NCBI GenBank assembly: GCA_024346625.1
Contig: AP024665.1
Span: 620,001 to 684,000 of the forward strand
DNA length: 64,000 nt
Direction: 5' to 3'
DNA from: Williopsis jadinii
Lineage: Eukaryota
Positions 24,113 through 35,337 of the stretch are shown piece by piece. The notes beneath the pieces were generated by a model that saw only the letters and a program-made list of their open reading frames with translations, was not told where the DNA came from and did no database searches. The stretch's first letter is position 1, and every line of letters begins with the position of its first letter. Position numbers and translations under genes: made by a program.

Positions 24113-24898
24113 GGGGGATATCATTGTGCAATACCATAATAGTGAACAGTCCTGATCTCTGCCTCCGTCTTGTTTTTGACAAGCTGTGACTGGGTTCTCG
24201 GTTGATTTGTGCAGTTGACTTGTGCGGTTGATGTTGGCGCGCGCGCGAACGCGCGTAGCATCGGCCAATCAAATCACTGGAATTTACAATTCATGTGTTT
24301 ATGGTTAAAAAGTAATAGAGGAAGCAATTGGAGAGGGTGGAACTAAGCGAAGGATGAAGTATAGAAGACCAGAGTATAGCCATGACGGCGAAGTTGTATT
24401 TATTGGAGAGTGTGCGTTGTTTGAGTTGTCTTTTCAACGCATGGTTGTGTATGTAATACGCGCCTGCTTTTTAACGATGTGTGTGTCGTTGAAGCACAAC
24501 TATTGTAATGAAAGGTCGCTGGATTTATATATATGCACTTTGGAGGTTTTTGATATTATATGGTTGCATTATATACTGTGGTATCAAGTATCAAAGCCAA
24601 TTGATTTGGTTTGATGATCTCTGGACTGGGGAGCCGTTGATGTAGTCTTATTTGCACAGGTTAGCTACGCGTGATGCTCTCGAGGTATAACTACGTTGTT
24701 CAGGTTTGGAAATTGAAGACAGGGCATATTCTACCGACCTAATTGATTACATATCAGGGGGGATAATACTATGTACACTGCCATCAAAATGACCATGAGA
24801 AACAATTAGTATTATATTAAAGTGGCATTATAGGGAAAATATTAAGAAGGGAATGTGTCAAATGAGCGAAGAATGTCTTCACATTGAAAGCGCAATGA

Positions 24899-25900
24899 TC
24901 ATTGGTGTTGTTGGACTGGAACCTGCTGTATTGGTTGCTGCTGTGGGTCGACAACGTATTCACCTTGTTGTTGGGCATAAAAATCTTGCTGTGGGTCTAC
25001 TCCAACCTCTGTGCCTGCGTTATTACTGAGTTGTGCACTAGTAACATCACCAGCAACCTCCTTGTTGGCTTCGGTCTCATCATAAGGTTGTTGTAGCTTT
25101 GCCTCACGTCTGTCAATCATAATCTTACCAACAAGAGCAATAGAGAGTGAAACGAATAGCAACACACTGAAGACAAATGCCGTCCAAGAGATTCCTAACC
25201 AGGTATGACCCTTATCAGCGACGGTTCTGTATGTTTCACTGGTGTATGTATTGGACAAATCGTCCAACAGCTTCTGAGCGGTACCACTGGCGACAACCAT
25301 ACAGATCCATTGGATAAATGTGAAAACCATACCAACAATGTAGACAACATAAAGGGCGAATGGGAAGAAGAAACCAACTGGTAAACCAATAAGCAACAGA
25401 GCAGTCGTCAGACATGCGAGGACAAATCCACCAAGGGCACTGTTATAAATGGTATTTGCCTTTCTGTTCAACTTACTGACACGTGGCCAGTCCTCATTTA
25501 GGCTATAACCTGATGGAGTATCAAAGTTGTTCGACAGCAAGGCAGGAATATCAATCTTGTAATGGGAATGGGAAGATGTGCAACCATTGGCTCTGTAGGA
25601 GCCTGTGTTCACCAAGCCGGCACTGTTGACGGTACGAGAACCGGAACAGTAACCCCAAAGACCAAAACGGAAAACATTGTCCGTGAAGCTTGTATTGGAT
25701 ATGGTCAATTCTTCATCTGGAGTTGGCGTCAATGGGTACAAAGCACTGAAGTTTGCCTGTGAAATATCGAATTCAAGTAAGTATCTTTGAGGACTTCTTG
25801 AGGGGTTTGAAAACACCTGAACACCCGAAAGGATAATGGCCAATACAGTGCACAGTAGTGGAGCAATCCAAAAGTAGTAATTCTTTAAATTCAATTGCAT
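24899..25900 (-). CDS. SUR7/PalI-family tetraspan membrane protein
   Basis: N-terminal TM, FRFGLWGYC...C claudin-like motif, three further TMs and a Q-rich tail. Confidence 0.8.
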   Translation of the reverse strand: MQLNLKNYYFWIAPLLCTVLAIILSGVQVFSNPSRSPQRYLLEFDISQANFSALYPLTPTPDEELTISNTSFTDNVFRFGLWGYCSGSRTVNSAGLVNTGSYRANGCTSSHSHYKIDIPALLSNNFDTPSGYSLNEDWPRVSKLNRKANTIYNSALGGFVLACLTTALLLIGLPVGFFFPFALYVVYIVGMVFTFIQWICMVVASGTAQKLLDDLSNTYTSETYRTVADKGHTWLGISWTAFVFSVLLFVSLSIALVGKIMIDRREAKLQQPYDETEANKEVAGDVTSAQLSNNAGTEVGVDPQQDFYAQQQGEYVVDPQQQPIQQVPVQQHQ

Positions 25901-27280
25901 TGGTGTGTAATTGAGCTAGTTATTTTGTTGAAACTTGTACCACAATTTGTAAACCTGATTGGTAAAAAGCCCTATTGGAAAAGAATTGAGCGAACTGAAC
26001 AACAAATGGTCTTTATATATTAAGCTGTCAACGTTAAAACAGATGACCCAACATTGCCAAACCACATTTAGCAATTGGCAACGAAAAGAAAACTTTTCTC
26101 TGCCCTTGAGGAAGTACACGCAACAACAGTACATGCAAAGTAACGACACCACATCATTTTAGTTACAAGTGCATGGAACTTACACAGGCAGCAAACAAAG
26201 CAGAGGGAAAATGGCCAGTGTGTAGCAGAAACAAACCACTTCATGCATGATGATGATATCAGAAATGAACTACAGCTTCATGGCCAGACACACCCTTTTC
26301 CCACGGCTCAGGGCCCTTGACCACTCCACTGCGAGAGGATAGGGAAATGAACACAGAGAAGACTGGAAATTGAGCACAGATAGGGTGTAGCACACAACAC
26401 TTCCCATTTACACACACACTGTTGTATCACCCTCAGTGCTGTTAAACCACCTCTTTGTTGAACGGACATTTGCTGCTTGCTCTTTCTCCTTGCGGGTGTT
26501 AAAAAAAGTTTGTCCGGGACTTTGTCACGCTGCTTTCATGCAGCTAAATGCACGATGAGTTTGCACTTTTTTGTGCCATTTTAACGTTTCAGAGTTGAAA
26601 CATATGAACGCCCCAGGGCATTTGCGGAAACTGAACGGGGACGGACAGATGTTGTCGCTTTGGTCGTCCCGGTGAGACGCTCCTTGTGCCTTAACTTTCG
26701 TCATTTAGCTTTGTTATTCTGCTGTGCCGTTCGCTCGCACAGTCATGGACTCATGTACCAAAGACCATGTGATTAATCACTACGTTGGGCCAGACTTGCC
26801 TTATACGAGCAGAACACCGCCGCGCATCCTCGATTGGCGAACTAAACAGCACCGCTCTCTGTGTATTGTCCATGCAGTGTTACAAACCTACGCTCTCTTC
26901 GTATATGTTTGATGTGCGGTGTATTTCGAGTTTATCGTGATCATTTCAGGTTAGGCACTGACACGCTGGGCAGGGTCGTGTCTTTGTTAAATGACTCGCA
27001 TTGCGGTGTGGTTCAAAGTGACATTAACGGGCTCTTGAGGAAGTTTCGTTACTCATCGTCTGTGACTAAACTCTAAGCCACACTGTAAGAACTCATTACT
27101 GGGCGCGGTCAACTTGATTGAAAGACGGTAAATGCCATGATGCACATCGATATTTAGCGGAATCTCTTGGGGGGAGAGGGTTGGTTCACGCGCGTCATAA
27201 AGTGAAAGAAGTGACGCTCCACCACCCTGTTGTTGACTAATTAGACGTCTACGAAAACCATCTCATAATGAAATGACATC

Positions 27281-27289
27281 ATGAGTCAT
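27281..27289. promoter_or_regulatory. Perfect Gcn4/AP-1 site upstream of LYS4
   Basis: ATGAGTCAT; weaker TGACTC/TGAGTC sites near 26992 and 27914. Confidence 0.6.
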
Positions 27290-28017
27290 CCGTGCCTCTA
27301 TGAACCTGATTGAAACGGGATATGCAATGTGTATCTTTAGATCTCTCAAGAATGGTCTGTGTGTGACAATAGTGCCCGAACTTCTATGCACACGATGAGT
27401 GTTCAAAGCAGAACCTCCGAAATGTGTATCCTACGCTATTTTTGGCCCTGGTTTATCTATAATGAGCCCGTTTACCCCACGAAGACATTCAGAATGAAGG
27501 CATTCAGAATGGGAAGGACTTATACCATCCACCAGGGGTGCACCGAGCAAATGGCAAACAGTCGACGTACAACGGACTGACCATCTGCCAATCCAATTGA
27601 ACTGTACCGGAACTCGGAACGCCATATCTCGCTGCGAATGCTTACGTAATCAAGTTTAAAGCTGGGCCTCAAAGTACTCTTCAGGCACGAGCAATCTCAA
27701 TTGGCTGCCATATTCAGCTGCTGTAAGACAGCATTTCCTACCACGAGGAAACGGAGCCCCTTCTTGGAGCCCCTGGTGCCCCTGTGTAGCAGCCCAGCGC
27801 CTTCTCACTAATCATCGCGCTCTGATTGGTCAACCTCCGCTTCCGGCGCTTTCCCCGAGACCGGCGCGTTTATAGTGGCTCACTCTCTTACAGAAAAGAC
27901 ATGATCGATGCGATGAGTCTTTCACGTATAAACCAGGCAAGAGAAAAAAACAAACAATTTCCGTTCCTCTTCAGTTTATACATCGCTTGAAAGCATACAC
28001 TCCATTGTGACGAACTA

Positions 28018-30054
28018 ATGTCGAGACGTAACTTCTCCACAACTGTCTGCAAACTGGCAGGTCAGAACCTTACAGAGAAGATTGTACAGAGATATGCGGT
28101 TGGTTTGCCAAAGGGCAAAATCGTCAAATCTGGAGATTATGTCTCTATCAAACCGGCACACTGTATGTCACATGACAACTCATGGCCAGTGGCTCTCAAA
28201 TTCAAAGGTTTGGGATACAAGAACGTCAAGGATAACAGACAGATCGTCAACACTCTAGATCATGACGTTCAGAACAAGAGTGAAAAGAACCTGGAGAAGT
28301 ACCACAACATTGAAAACTTTGCAAAGGAACAAGGTATCGATTTTTACCCAGCAGGACGTGGTATTGGTCATCAGATCATGATTGAAGAAGGATATGCATT
28401 CCCATTAAACTTGACGGTTGCGTCAGATTCCCACTCAAACACTTATGGTGGTATTGGTGCATTGGGTACCCCAATCGTCAGAACAGATGCTGCTTCAATC
28501 TGGGCAACTGGCCAAACGTGGTGGCAGATCCCACCAGTGGCTAAGGTCGAGTTGAAAGGTAGATTGCCAAAGGGAGTTTCTGGTAAGGATGTTATCGTTG
28601 CACTCTGTGGTGCTTTCAACAACGATGAAGTGCTGAACCATGCAATTGAATTCACAGGTGATCATTTGGATGAGTTGTCCATTGACTACAGATTGACTAT
28701 CGCCAACATGACCACTGAATGGGGTGCTCTTTCTGGTGTTTTCCCAGTGGATGAAACTCTCATCAACTGGTACAAGGAGAGATTGCAAGTCTTACCACAA
28801 CCACACCCAAGAGTTAACGAACAGACTGTGCAAAACTTGATTGATAACAGTGTATCTGCAGACTCAGATGCTTATTACGCTAAGCACTTGACTTTGGATC
28901 TGTCCTCTCTGTCTCCATACGTCTCTGGCCCAAACTCTGTCAAGATTTCAACCTCCTTGGCCGATCTCTCCAAACAGAACTTGAAAATCAACAAGGCTTA
29001 TCTCGTGTCTTGTACTAACTCTCGTCTCTCTGATATCAAAGCTGCTGCTGAGGTCATTAAAGGTCACAAAGTTGCTCCAGGCGTGGAGTTCTACATTGCA
29101 GCTGCTTCGTCCAATGTTCAAAAGGATGCTGAACACGATGGTGCCTGGAATGCCTTGTTAGAAGCTGGTGCTATTCCATTACCAGCAGGTTGTGGTCCAT
29201 GTATCGGATTGGGTGCTGGTTTGTTGAAAGAAGGTGAGATTGGTATCTCTGCTACAAACAGAAATTTCAAGGGTAGAATGGGTTCTAAGGATGCCTTGGC
29301 TTACTTGGCCTCACCGGAACTTGTTGCTGCTTCTGCGGTGTTGGGTAAGATTGGTGGTCCTGAGGAGATTGGTGGTGGTCCAGTTCACGGGGCTCATGGT
29401 ATTGTGAAGTCCATTGATATCCCAGAGAAGCCAGTATCTGATGAGAGTGTCTCTAGTGGAGAGACTGCAGGCGTTGAGGTGTTGGAAGGTTTCCCAAGAT
29501 CTATTGAAGGTGAGTTGGTTCTCTGTGATGCTGATAACATCAACACCGATGGTATTTATCCTGGTAAGTACACATACCAGGATGACGTTCCAAGAGAGAA
29601 GATGGCTCAAGTTTGTATGGAGAACTACGACTCTGAGTTCGGTGCAAAGACCAAAGCTGGTGATATTATCGTCTCCGGTTACAACTTTGGTACCGGTTCC
29701 TCCAGAGAGCAGGCTGCGACTGCCATCTTGGCTAGAGACATGAAACTCGTTGTTGCTGGTTCTTTTGGTAACATATTTTCAAGAAACTCCATCAACAACG
29801 CACTGCTTACCTTGGAGATTCCAGATTTGATCAACACCTTGAGGGAGAAGTACAAAGACGCACCAAAGGAACTCACCAGAAGAACCGGATGGTTCCTCAA
29901 ATGGGACGTTACCAGTGCTACTGTTACCGTCAGAGACGGTCCAGAAGGTGACATTGTACTTCAACAGAAGGTTGGAGAGTTGGGTACGAACTTACAAGAG
30001 ATCATTATCAAGGGTGGATTAGAAGGATGGGTTAGGGCCCAGTTGAACGAGTAA
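28018..30054 (+). CDS. LYS4: Homoaconitase, mitochondrial
   Basis: [38 protein letters not shown] and [11 protein letters not shown] motifs. Confidence 0.98.
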   Translation: MSRRNFSTTVCKLAGQNLTEKIVQRYAVGLPKGKIVKSGDYVSIKPAHCMSHDNSWPVALKFKGLGYKNVKDNRQIVNTLDHDVQNKSEKNLEKYHNIENFAKEQGIDFYPAGRGIGHQIMIEEGYAFPLNLTVASDSHSNTYGGIGALGTPIVRTDAASIWATGQTWWQIPPVAKVELKGRLPKGVSGKDVIVALCGAFNNDEVLNHAIEFTGDHLDELSIDYRLTIANMTTEWGALSGVFPVDETLINWYKERLQVLPQPHPRVNEQTVQNLIDNSVSADSDAYYAKHLTLDLSSLSPYVSGPNSVKISTSLADLSKQNLKINKAYLVSCTNSRLSDIKAAAEVIKGHKVAPGVEFYIAAASSNVQKDAEHDGAWNALLEAGAIPLPAGCGPCIGLGAGLLKEGEIGISATNRNFKGRMGSKDALAYLASPELVAASAVLGKIGGPEEIGGGPVHGAHGIVKSIDIPEKPVSDESVSSGETAGVEVLEGFPRSIEGELVLCDADNINTDGIYPGKYTYQDDVPREKMAQVCMENYDSEFGAKTKAGDIIVSGYNFGTGSSREQAATAILARDMKLVVAGSFGNIFSRNSINNALLTLEIPDLINTLREKYKDAPKELTRRTGWFLKWDVTSATVTVRDGPEGDIVLQQKVGELGTNLQEIIIKGGLEGWVRAQLNE

Positions 30055-30211
30055 ACATATACAACATTGACTCTGCATTGGTTCTTATTTATATTTATAA
30101 TTGTCGAGTTACAATTATCACTCACGGTGTAAACCATCTCGTAGGCCATGCATTATTACACTAAGGAGAAGAAGCTGCTAATGTACAAATTTTATATCCC
30201 ATTTGGTATAA

Positions 30212-30673
30212 TCAGGATAGCGATGGGATCTCCTTAACAATCTCGTCAAAGTTCTCACGGTATTCCTCAGCCTTTTCGCTGTTCTTCTTGTTCTTACCAC
30301 CGCCTGGAACAATCATCACCACTGACGTTGGTCTCTTTGTAGCGCCCGCTGAGCCCAAGTCCTCCTTTGATGGGACAAAGAGGTAAGGGACTGTAGAGTC
30401 CTCGCACAAAACTGGCAAGTGTGAAATGACGTCTGGTGGAGAGATGTCACCAGCGATGACGACAAGACCCTTCTCACCTTTACGAAGCGCCTTCACAACC
30501 TCCTTAACACCTCTCTTGACGTGCTTGGCCTTGGACGCCTTCTTCACAGTCTTGAGCACTTTCTTATTCACCTTCTTGGTTGCCAAAGGGTGCGCAAAGG
30601 CGAGAACCGCTGGAAGCCTCTTCTCGTAGTTGTCTTCGCTCTCCTCTTTCACTGATTTTTCCTTCTTGGCCAT
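30212..30673 (-). CDS. NHP2: H/ACA snoRNP protein Nhp2
   Basis: L7Ae family: VKRGVKEVVKALRKGEKGLVVIAGDISP...ATKRPTS. ATG at 30673. Confidence 0.97.
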   Translation of the reverse strand: MAKKEKSVKEESEDNYEKRLPAVLAFAHPLATKKVNKKVLKTVKKASKAKHVKRGVKEVVKALRKGEKGLVVIAGDISPPDVISHLPVLCEDSTVPYLFVPSKEDLGSAGATKRPTSVVMIVPGGGKNKKNSEKAEEYRENFDEIVKEIPSLS

Positions 30674-30734
30674 TGTGCAATGTGGTTCTAAGCGCTGTAG
30701 CTCTTGATGCTCGTTGTGGGCTCTTTCGAACTCA

Positions 30735-30805
30735 GTGAAAAAAAAGCTCAACTGCGGTGGAAAATTTTCGTGCTAACGATGAGCCGGAACTCACGCGCTC
30801 ATCGC
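30735..30805. promoter_or_regulatory. RRPE/PAC cluster in the NHP2-MRPL7 divergent promoter
   Basis: TGAAAAAAAAG, GAAAATTTTC (about 30760), CGATGAG (30777) and GCTCATCGC (30797). Confidence 0.7.
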
Positions 30806-31020
30806 AACTTCCGAGGGCTCAGGCTCAGGCTCATGGTCGGAATAGCGCGATATCTTTCCCAACCCTCGGATCTGGAGCGCTGAACCCCGTCGGTGCAATT
30901 TGTTCCCCCAAAGGCGCTGAAAAAGCCTGGAAAAAATGTTTCGATGGACGATTTTTGTTTGTTTTGTTGGTGCAAGCTCTTCTGCTCTTCAGGTACTTTG
31001 TGTTTAGGACAGTGTTTAGG

Positions 31021-31926
31021 ATGAGATTAACAGTTGGAGGAGCACGTTTCTTCTCCAGTACGAGAGCCGCAGCCGGGAAAGCTGGGTGCAACACCGTTGC
31101 GCCTGTTCACCATACCGTTAAGATTGACAAGAACAGGCTGTCACCACGGTTCCCAGGGCTTCAGCATAGTAAATTGGACATCAGACACCCTGGGTATAAG
31201 CCTACAAGCACGTATCAGGATAGAGTTGCTGAGTACTACAGCAACTCCGTGCAGTCCGATCTGTTGCTCATCAACGCACAACACGGTGAGTCGAGACAGC
31301 CTGGTTATAAGAGAAGAGAATGGGACGGGTCCTCACCTTTCCATCTCAACAGATCTCTTAGAAAGCCAAAGGGGTCTGACGCTGAGACGCCAGACATAAA
31401 GCCGCACAGCGCGGCCAACGTCCCAAAGATCGAGGCGATTCACATCAACTGCTACGTGGAGCAGGCAAAGGACAACGTGAACCATGCAATCTCTGCGCTT
31501 GTCCAATTACAACAGATCACCGGAGTGAAGCCAAAACCGATATACTCCAAGACGAACGTCTTACACTGGAGAGTGCGTGCCGGGTATCAGATGGGTGCCA
31601 GCGTTGTGCTGAAGGGACGTCCTATGCACCAGTTTATAGCGACACTGACGGAAGTTGTCTTTCCAAGAATTAGAATGTTCAAAGGTGTTTCAAACAAATC
31701 CGGTGATACTTTGGGTGATATTCAATTTGGTTTGAGACCAGATGACGTGAAGTTCTTCCCAGAGATTGAGCAAAATCAGGATAACTGGTCAAAGACATAC
31801 GGATTCCATGTTAACGTTGTCACGTCTGCTCAGACTGATGCCGAGGCTAGAACTTTGTTAAGTGCCTACGGTATCCCATTCTATGGTTCTGAAAAGGGTG
31901 TCAAGCCAGAAAACGTTGAGTACTAA
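31021..31926 (+). CDS. MRPL7: Mitochondrial ribosomal protein uL5m
   Basis: Presequence-like start at ATG 31021; REWDGSSPFHLNR, LQQITGVKP and FFPEIEQNQD motifs. Confidence 0.93.
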   Translation: MRLTVGGARFFSSTRAAAGKAGCNTVAPVHHTVKIDKNRLSPRFPGLQHSKLDIRHPGYKPTSTYQDRVAEYYSNSVQSDLLLINAQHGESRQPGYKRREWDGSSPFHLNRSLRKPKGSDAETPDIKPHSAANVPKIEAIHINCYVEQAKDNVNHAISALVQLQQITGVKPKPIYSKTNVLHWRVRAGYQMGASVVLKGRPMHQFIATLTEVVFPRIRMFKGVSNKSGDTLGDIQFGLRPDDVKFFPEIEQNQDNWSKTYGFHVNVVTSAQTDAEARTLLSAYGIPFYGSEKGVKPENVEY

Positions 31927-31945
31927 ACTCCATTACACACTCGCT

Positions 31946-31955
31946 CTTGTATATA
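31946..31955 (+). promoter_or_regulatory. Puf3-binding element in the MRPL7 3' UTR
   Basis: CTTGTATATA fits C-N-UGUA-H-AUA, 20 nt after the stop of a mitoribosomal gene. Confidence 0.65.
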
Positions 31956-32078
31956 TACTCGTATAAAATCTAATCGCATACTCCTGCTATATACTAAACA
32001 AACCAAAGAGTTATATTTATTCATGTTTTTTTGCTTTCGGTCACACTACTAACTTTCTAAATATACAAACCACGATGA

Positions 32079-34898
32079 TCAAACATGTGTCACTTTCACC
32101 TTGTTGGTGTTGCGTGCAATAGCTGCAACTTTATCACCCATGGATAAGGCCAAGCCTTGACCCTTAGAACGGATTCTAACGTGTCCAACAATTGGGCCAT
32201 CGACTGATTTCTCAATACACAGGTTGGCAAGTGCATCCTCGCCAAAGGAGGATCTTGCGTACAAGTTGGCACTGAGGAATTGGCATTCTTCGCCGATAAC
32301 TGCACCAGGGGTTAGACATGCCATGTTGGTACCCGCAAGCAATGCGTCCAAGTAGTCCTTCAGAGATGGCAAGTTGGACTTGATGGCAATCTTGTTCTCC
32401 CACTCAAACTCATCCCACATGGTACGGAATCTGTTCTCTGAACATTTTCCTGGTTTGATGTAAGACATGATATCAACATGTACATCGTTCAAAATAACAA
32501 TCTTATTCTCAAGACCATGCCCACCATCGTACACAATGTTACCGAATATCACACCGGTGTCAGCGGAAGTAACCTTGATTGTGGTTTGGATCTTGAAGAA
32601 ACCATGGGCTGGGATGTTTTGAGTGGTTGGCTTGTCCAACACCTTCAAATCACCCAACGTGGCAAATTCAACATGTAGATTGCGCAAAGTTTCTGTGGTT
32701 TGATTGACGAGAAGAACGTCAAGAACAACGTCAAATTGGTGGACTTTAACATGGGCTTCGGCATAAACTGGGTCAGAGAAACCAGTCAATTGCACAATCT
32801 TGTTCAATCTTGATGAGAGGTCCTCTTCAACTTTGACACCAGTAGCAGCACTTAGGTCACTATCTTCAACATCGTCATTGTCAATCTTACCGAATTGTCT
32901 GAAGTGAACAACATCATCAACTTCTTGTCTATGCTTTTGAAGCTCAGCAGCATCCCTCTTTGCCTTCTTCTTATCTTCGGCAGCCAATTGAACCTTGAAA
33001 GCATCCTTGGTTGCATCCAAGAACGCCAGTTCCAAAAGTTTCTTATTGGCTTCACCTTCAGCGATGTAGGTTATAGCGGTCAAGATTCTCTCTGCGGAGT
33101 CCTCATCAATCTTTTTAGCAACGTAATAAGAGTCACCAACTCTTAAAATACTAACAAGAGTCAACATACCTTCAGCCTTTAGGGCATTAAGAACATCAGC
33201 CTTTTTAGAAACCTCCTCAAATCTGAGGATCAATTTAACAAAAGTAGAAGCGAGAACAGCTGAGGTATAGAAGTCACCATCAAATATAAATTGACGTAAT
33301 GGTGGTCTACTTTGCTCCTTCTTGATCTTTTCGATAGTAAGAGCGGATTCAGTGGCATAAGTTCCATCTGGCAACACAACTGGCTTGTGTGTCGATTGAG
33401 CATCCTCCTCTTGAGTCTCTTCAACATCGCTGTGTTTTTTCTTCTCGGATTGAAGAATTGGAACTTCACCAATACATTCACGGATTGATTTCCATGAATT
33501 TTGAATGTCCTTTTCAGTTGTAGAATATTCTCCAATAATCCAGAGAGCACCACGGAAGACTTTGCCAGATTTAATCTCGTGCAGAGACGAATTCAGGCGA
33601 GTAATAATGGTGGACTTCAAATCTGGGTATTTCTCAATCACCTCCTTGATGAAGGCAAGGATATCCGTGGCAGCAACTGTGGAGATTTCTGGCAAGAATT
33701 CCAACAATAGATCAACAACGTCAGTGGCAGTGACAGATGCAAACTCTAGCGCAGTCTTGTGAATGGCGGAAATCAACAATTGGCGGTAGTCAACAGACTT
33801 GTCAGCATCTGAGTTAACAGTCTTTTGCAATTCCTTCTTATAAAGCTTCAGAACATCGTCAACATTACGGCTTGAGGTGAGTTGCAATGCCAAGTCAATA
33901 GCTTTCTTTCTAATGTCGAGATCTGGCGTGGACAAGACTCTTAAGATGTCCAATGTGGAATCCTCTAAAATTCCAGGGTTCTTGTTGTCAATCTGCTCAA
34001 TTCTCTCGAGTACGATCAACTTAACGTTGTTATCAGGTTCCTTATTGACCAACTCAATGAGTCTAGTCGAGGCCAATGAAATTACTGAAGGATTACTTGT
34101 CAATCCCGTCAAAGTAGTTGAAGCCTCAAAGGCAACAGCATTTGATGGAGAGTCAAGCAATTCTGTAAGCAAAGCAATGTACCTCGTTCTGAGTTCCGGC
34201 GCCTTGTCTTTTCTAATGAATTCGATAAAGGCCAATTGAAGCAATGGGTCGAGTGTACTCAATGCAGCAACGTTGTCTTGGATATAACGCAAAGCAGCGT
34301 TTCTGTCGACATTACCCAGTGCTACAAAAGCATTACGCTTGCAGGTTGGGTCTGTCTCAGTAACCAAGAAGTCATTGATGATTTCAGGAGCATCTGGTAT
34401 AAGGTGATCAGATACCGTGTAGATGGTGTAAATGGCAAAGATCACGTACTTTCTGACATAGGCGTGACGGTGTTCGAGACAAGCACGAGCTGAAGGAACA
34501 AGTTGTTCAAGCAATTCAGGCTCGTGTAATTTAGTCAAGAATCTCAATGTGTTACCACGGATATACTCATTTGGATGTTGCAAATCTCTCTGAATGGCGT
34601 TACAAACAAGAATCATTTCTTGTCTCAACTTACCATCGCTCTCCACCTTTGGAACAATCTCCCAGTAAAAGTACAGCAGCTTCTTCAGCTCTTTGTTCTT
34701 AGACGGCATAACATAACGGATAACATGCATCAACAGCTCAGGCATTGGGTTGCCATCCAACATGGTCACAAGAATCTGCTTCATGGCATCGATCTTGGAC
34801 TCGTCTGTCCCCTTCTCCAGAAGGGCTCTAAACTCAGACACCGAAGCCTTCCCAGCTGGATTCGGGTCATACACCAGAGTATAAGCTGCGTCTGTCAT
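32079..34898 (-). CDS. SEC26: Coatomer beta subunit (beta-COP)
   Basis: DLQHPNEYIRGNTLRFL, QLTGFSDPVYAEA and RIRSKGQGLALSMGD motifs. Confidence 0.98.
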   Translation of the reverse strand: MTDAAYTLVYDPNPAGKASVSEFRALLEKGTDESKIDAMKQILVTMLDGNPMPELLMHVIRYVMPSKNKELKKLLYFYWEIVPKVESDGKLRQEMILVCNAIQRDLQHPNEYIRGNTLRFLTKLHEPELLEQLVPSARACLEHRHAYVRKYVIFAIYTIYTVSDHLIPDAPEIINDFLVTETDPTCKRNAFVALGNVDRNAALRYIQDNVAALSTLDPLLQLAFIEFIRKDKAPELRTRYIALLTELLDSPSNAVAFEASTTLTGLTSNPSVISLASTRLIELVNKEPDNNVKLIVLERIEQIDNKNPGILEDSTLDILRVLSTPDLDIRKKAIDLALQLTSSRNVDDVLKLYKKELQKTVNSDADKSVDYRQLLISAIHKTALEFASVTATDVVDLLLEFLPEISTVAATDILAFIKEVIEKYPDLKSTIITRLNSSLHEIKSGKVFRGALWIIGEYSTTEKDIQNSWKSIRECIGEVPILQSEKKKHSDVEETQEEDAQSTHKPVVLPDGTYATESALTIEKIKKEQSRPPLRQFIFDGDFYTSAVLASTFVKLILRFEEVSKKADVLNALKAEGMLTLVSILRVGDSYYVAKKIDEDSAERILTAITYIAEGEANKKLLELAFLDATKDAFKVQLAAEDKKKAKRDAAELQKHRQEVDDVVHFRQFGKIDNDDVEDSDLSAATGVKVEEDLSSRLNKIVQLTGFSDPVYAEAHVKVHQFDVVLDVLLVNQTTETLRNLHVEFATLGDLKVLDKPTTQNIPAHGFFKIQTTIKVTSADTGVIFGNIVYDGGHGLENKIVILNDVHVDIMSYIKPGKCSENRFRTMWDEFEWENKIAIKSNLPSLKDYLDALLAGTNMACLTPGAVIGEECQFLSANLYARSSFGEDALANLCIEKSVDGPIVGHVRIRSKGQGLALSMGDKVAAIARNTNKVKVTHV

Positions 34899-34950
34899 TC
34901 TTCAATGTTCAAAAGAAGGTACAAACTAATCAGGAATCAAAAGAAGGTTG

Positions 34951-35126
34951 CTATACAATGTTAGTCCTCAAACCCGTATATGTGTACGTGTGTGTGTTGT
35001 TTACTTCAAAAAGGGATCGAAGAACAACATGTTGAAAGTTATGCTCCACACACAAGACGAAAAGTCAACGAAACAACACACTCCACGAATTGCTTCCAGC
35101 ACTGACTCTGATGATCAATCACTTAC
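34951..35126 (-). other. Probable 5'-UTR spliceosomal intron of SEC26 (176 nt)
   Basis: Minus strand: GTAAGT at 35126-35121, GACTAAC at 34966-34960, TAG ending at 34951. 52 nt of exon follow before the ATG; no ATG in the upstream exon. Confidence 0.7.
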
Positions 35127-35337
35127 TTTCTAAGATTGATTAACGCTTGCTTTGATGAACAAGCTGAAGAGGTTTTGTTAGAGATCAACAACGGGAAAAA
35201 GAGGTTGACGTTTTCAATTTTCGAAATTGGCCCAAAAGGGCGCGCGCTCGGGCTTGACTTCCGAAAAGGGGTACACTAAACAAACACGATCTCTATAGTA
35301 GAAATTAGTTAAAGAATACTATAAACGTCCAATTAAC

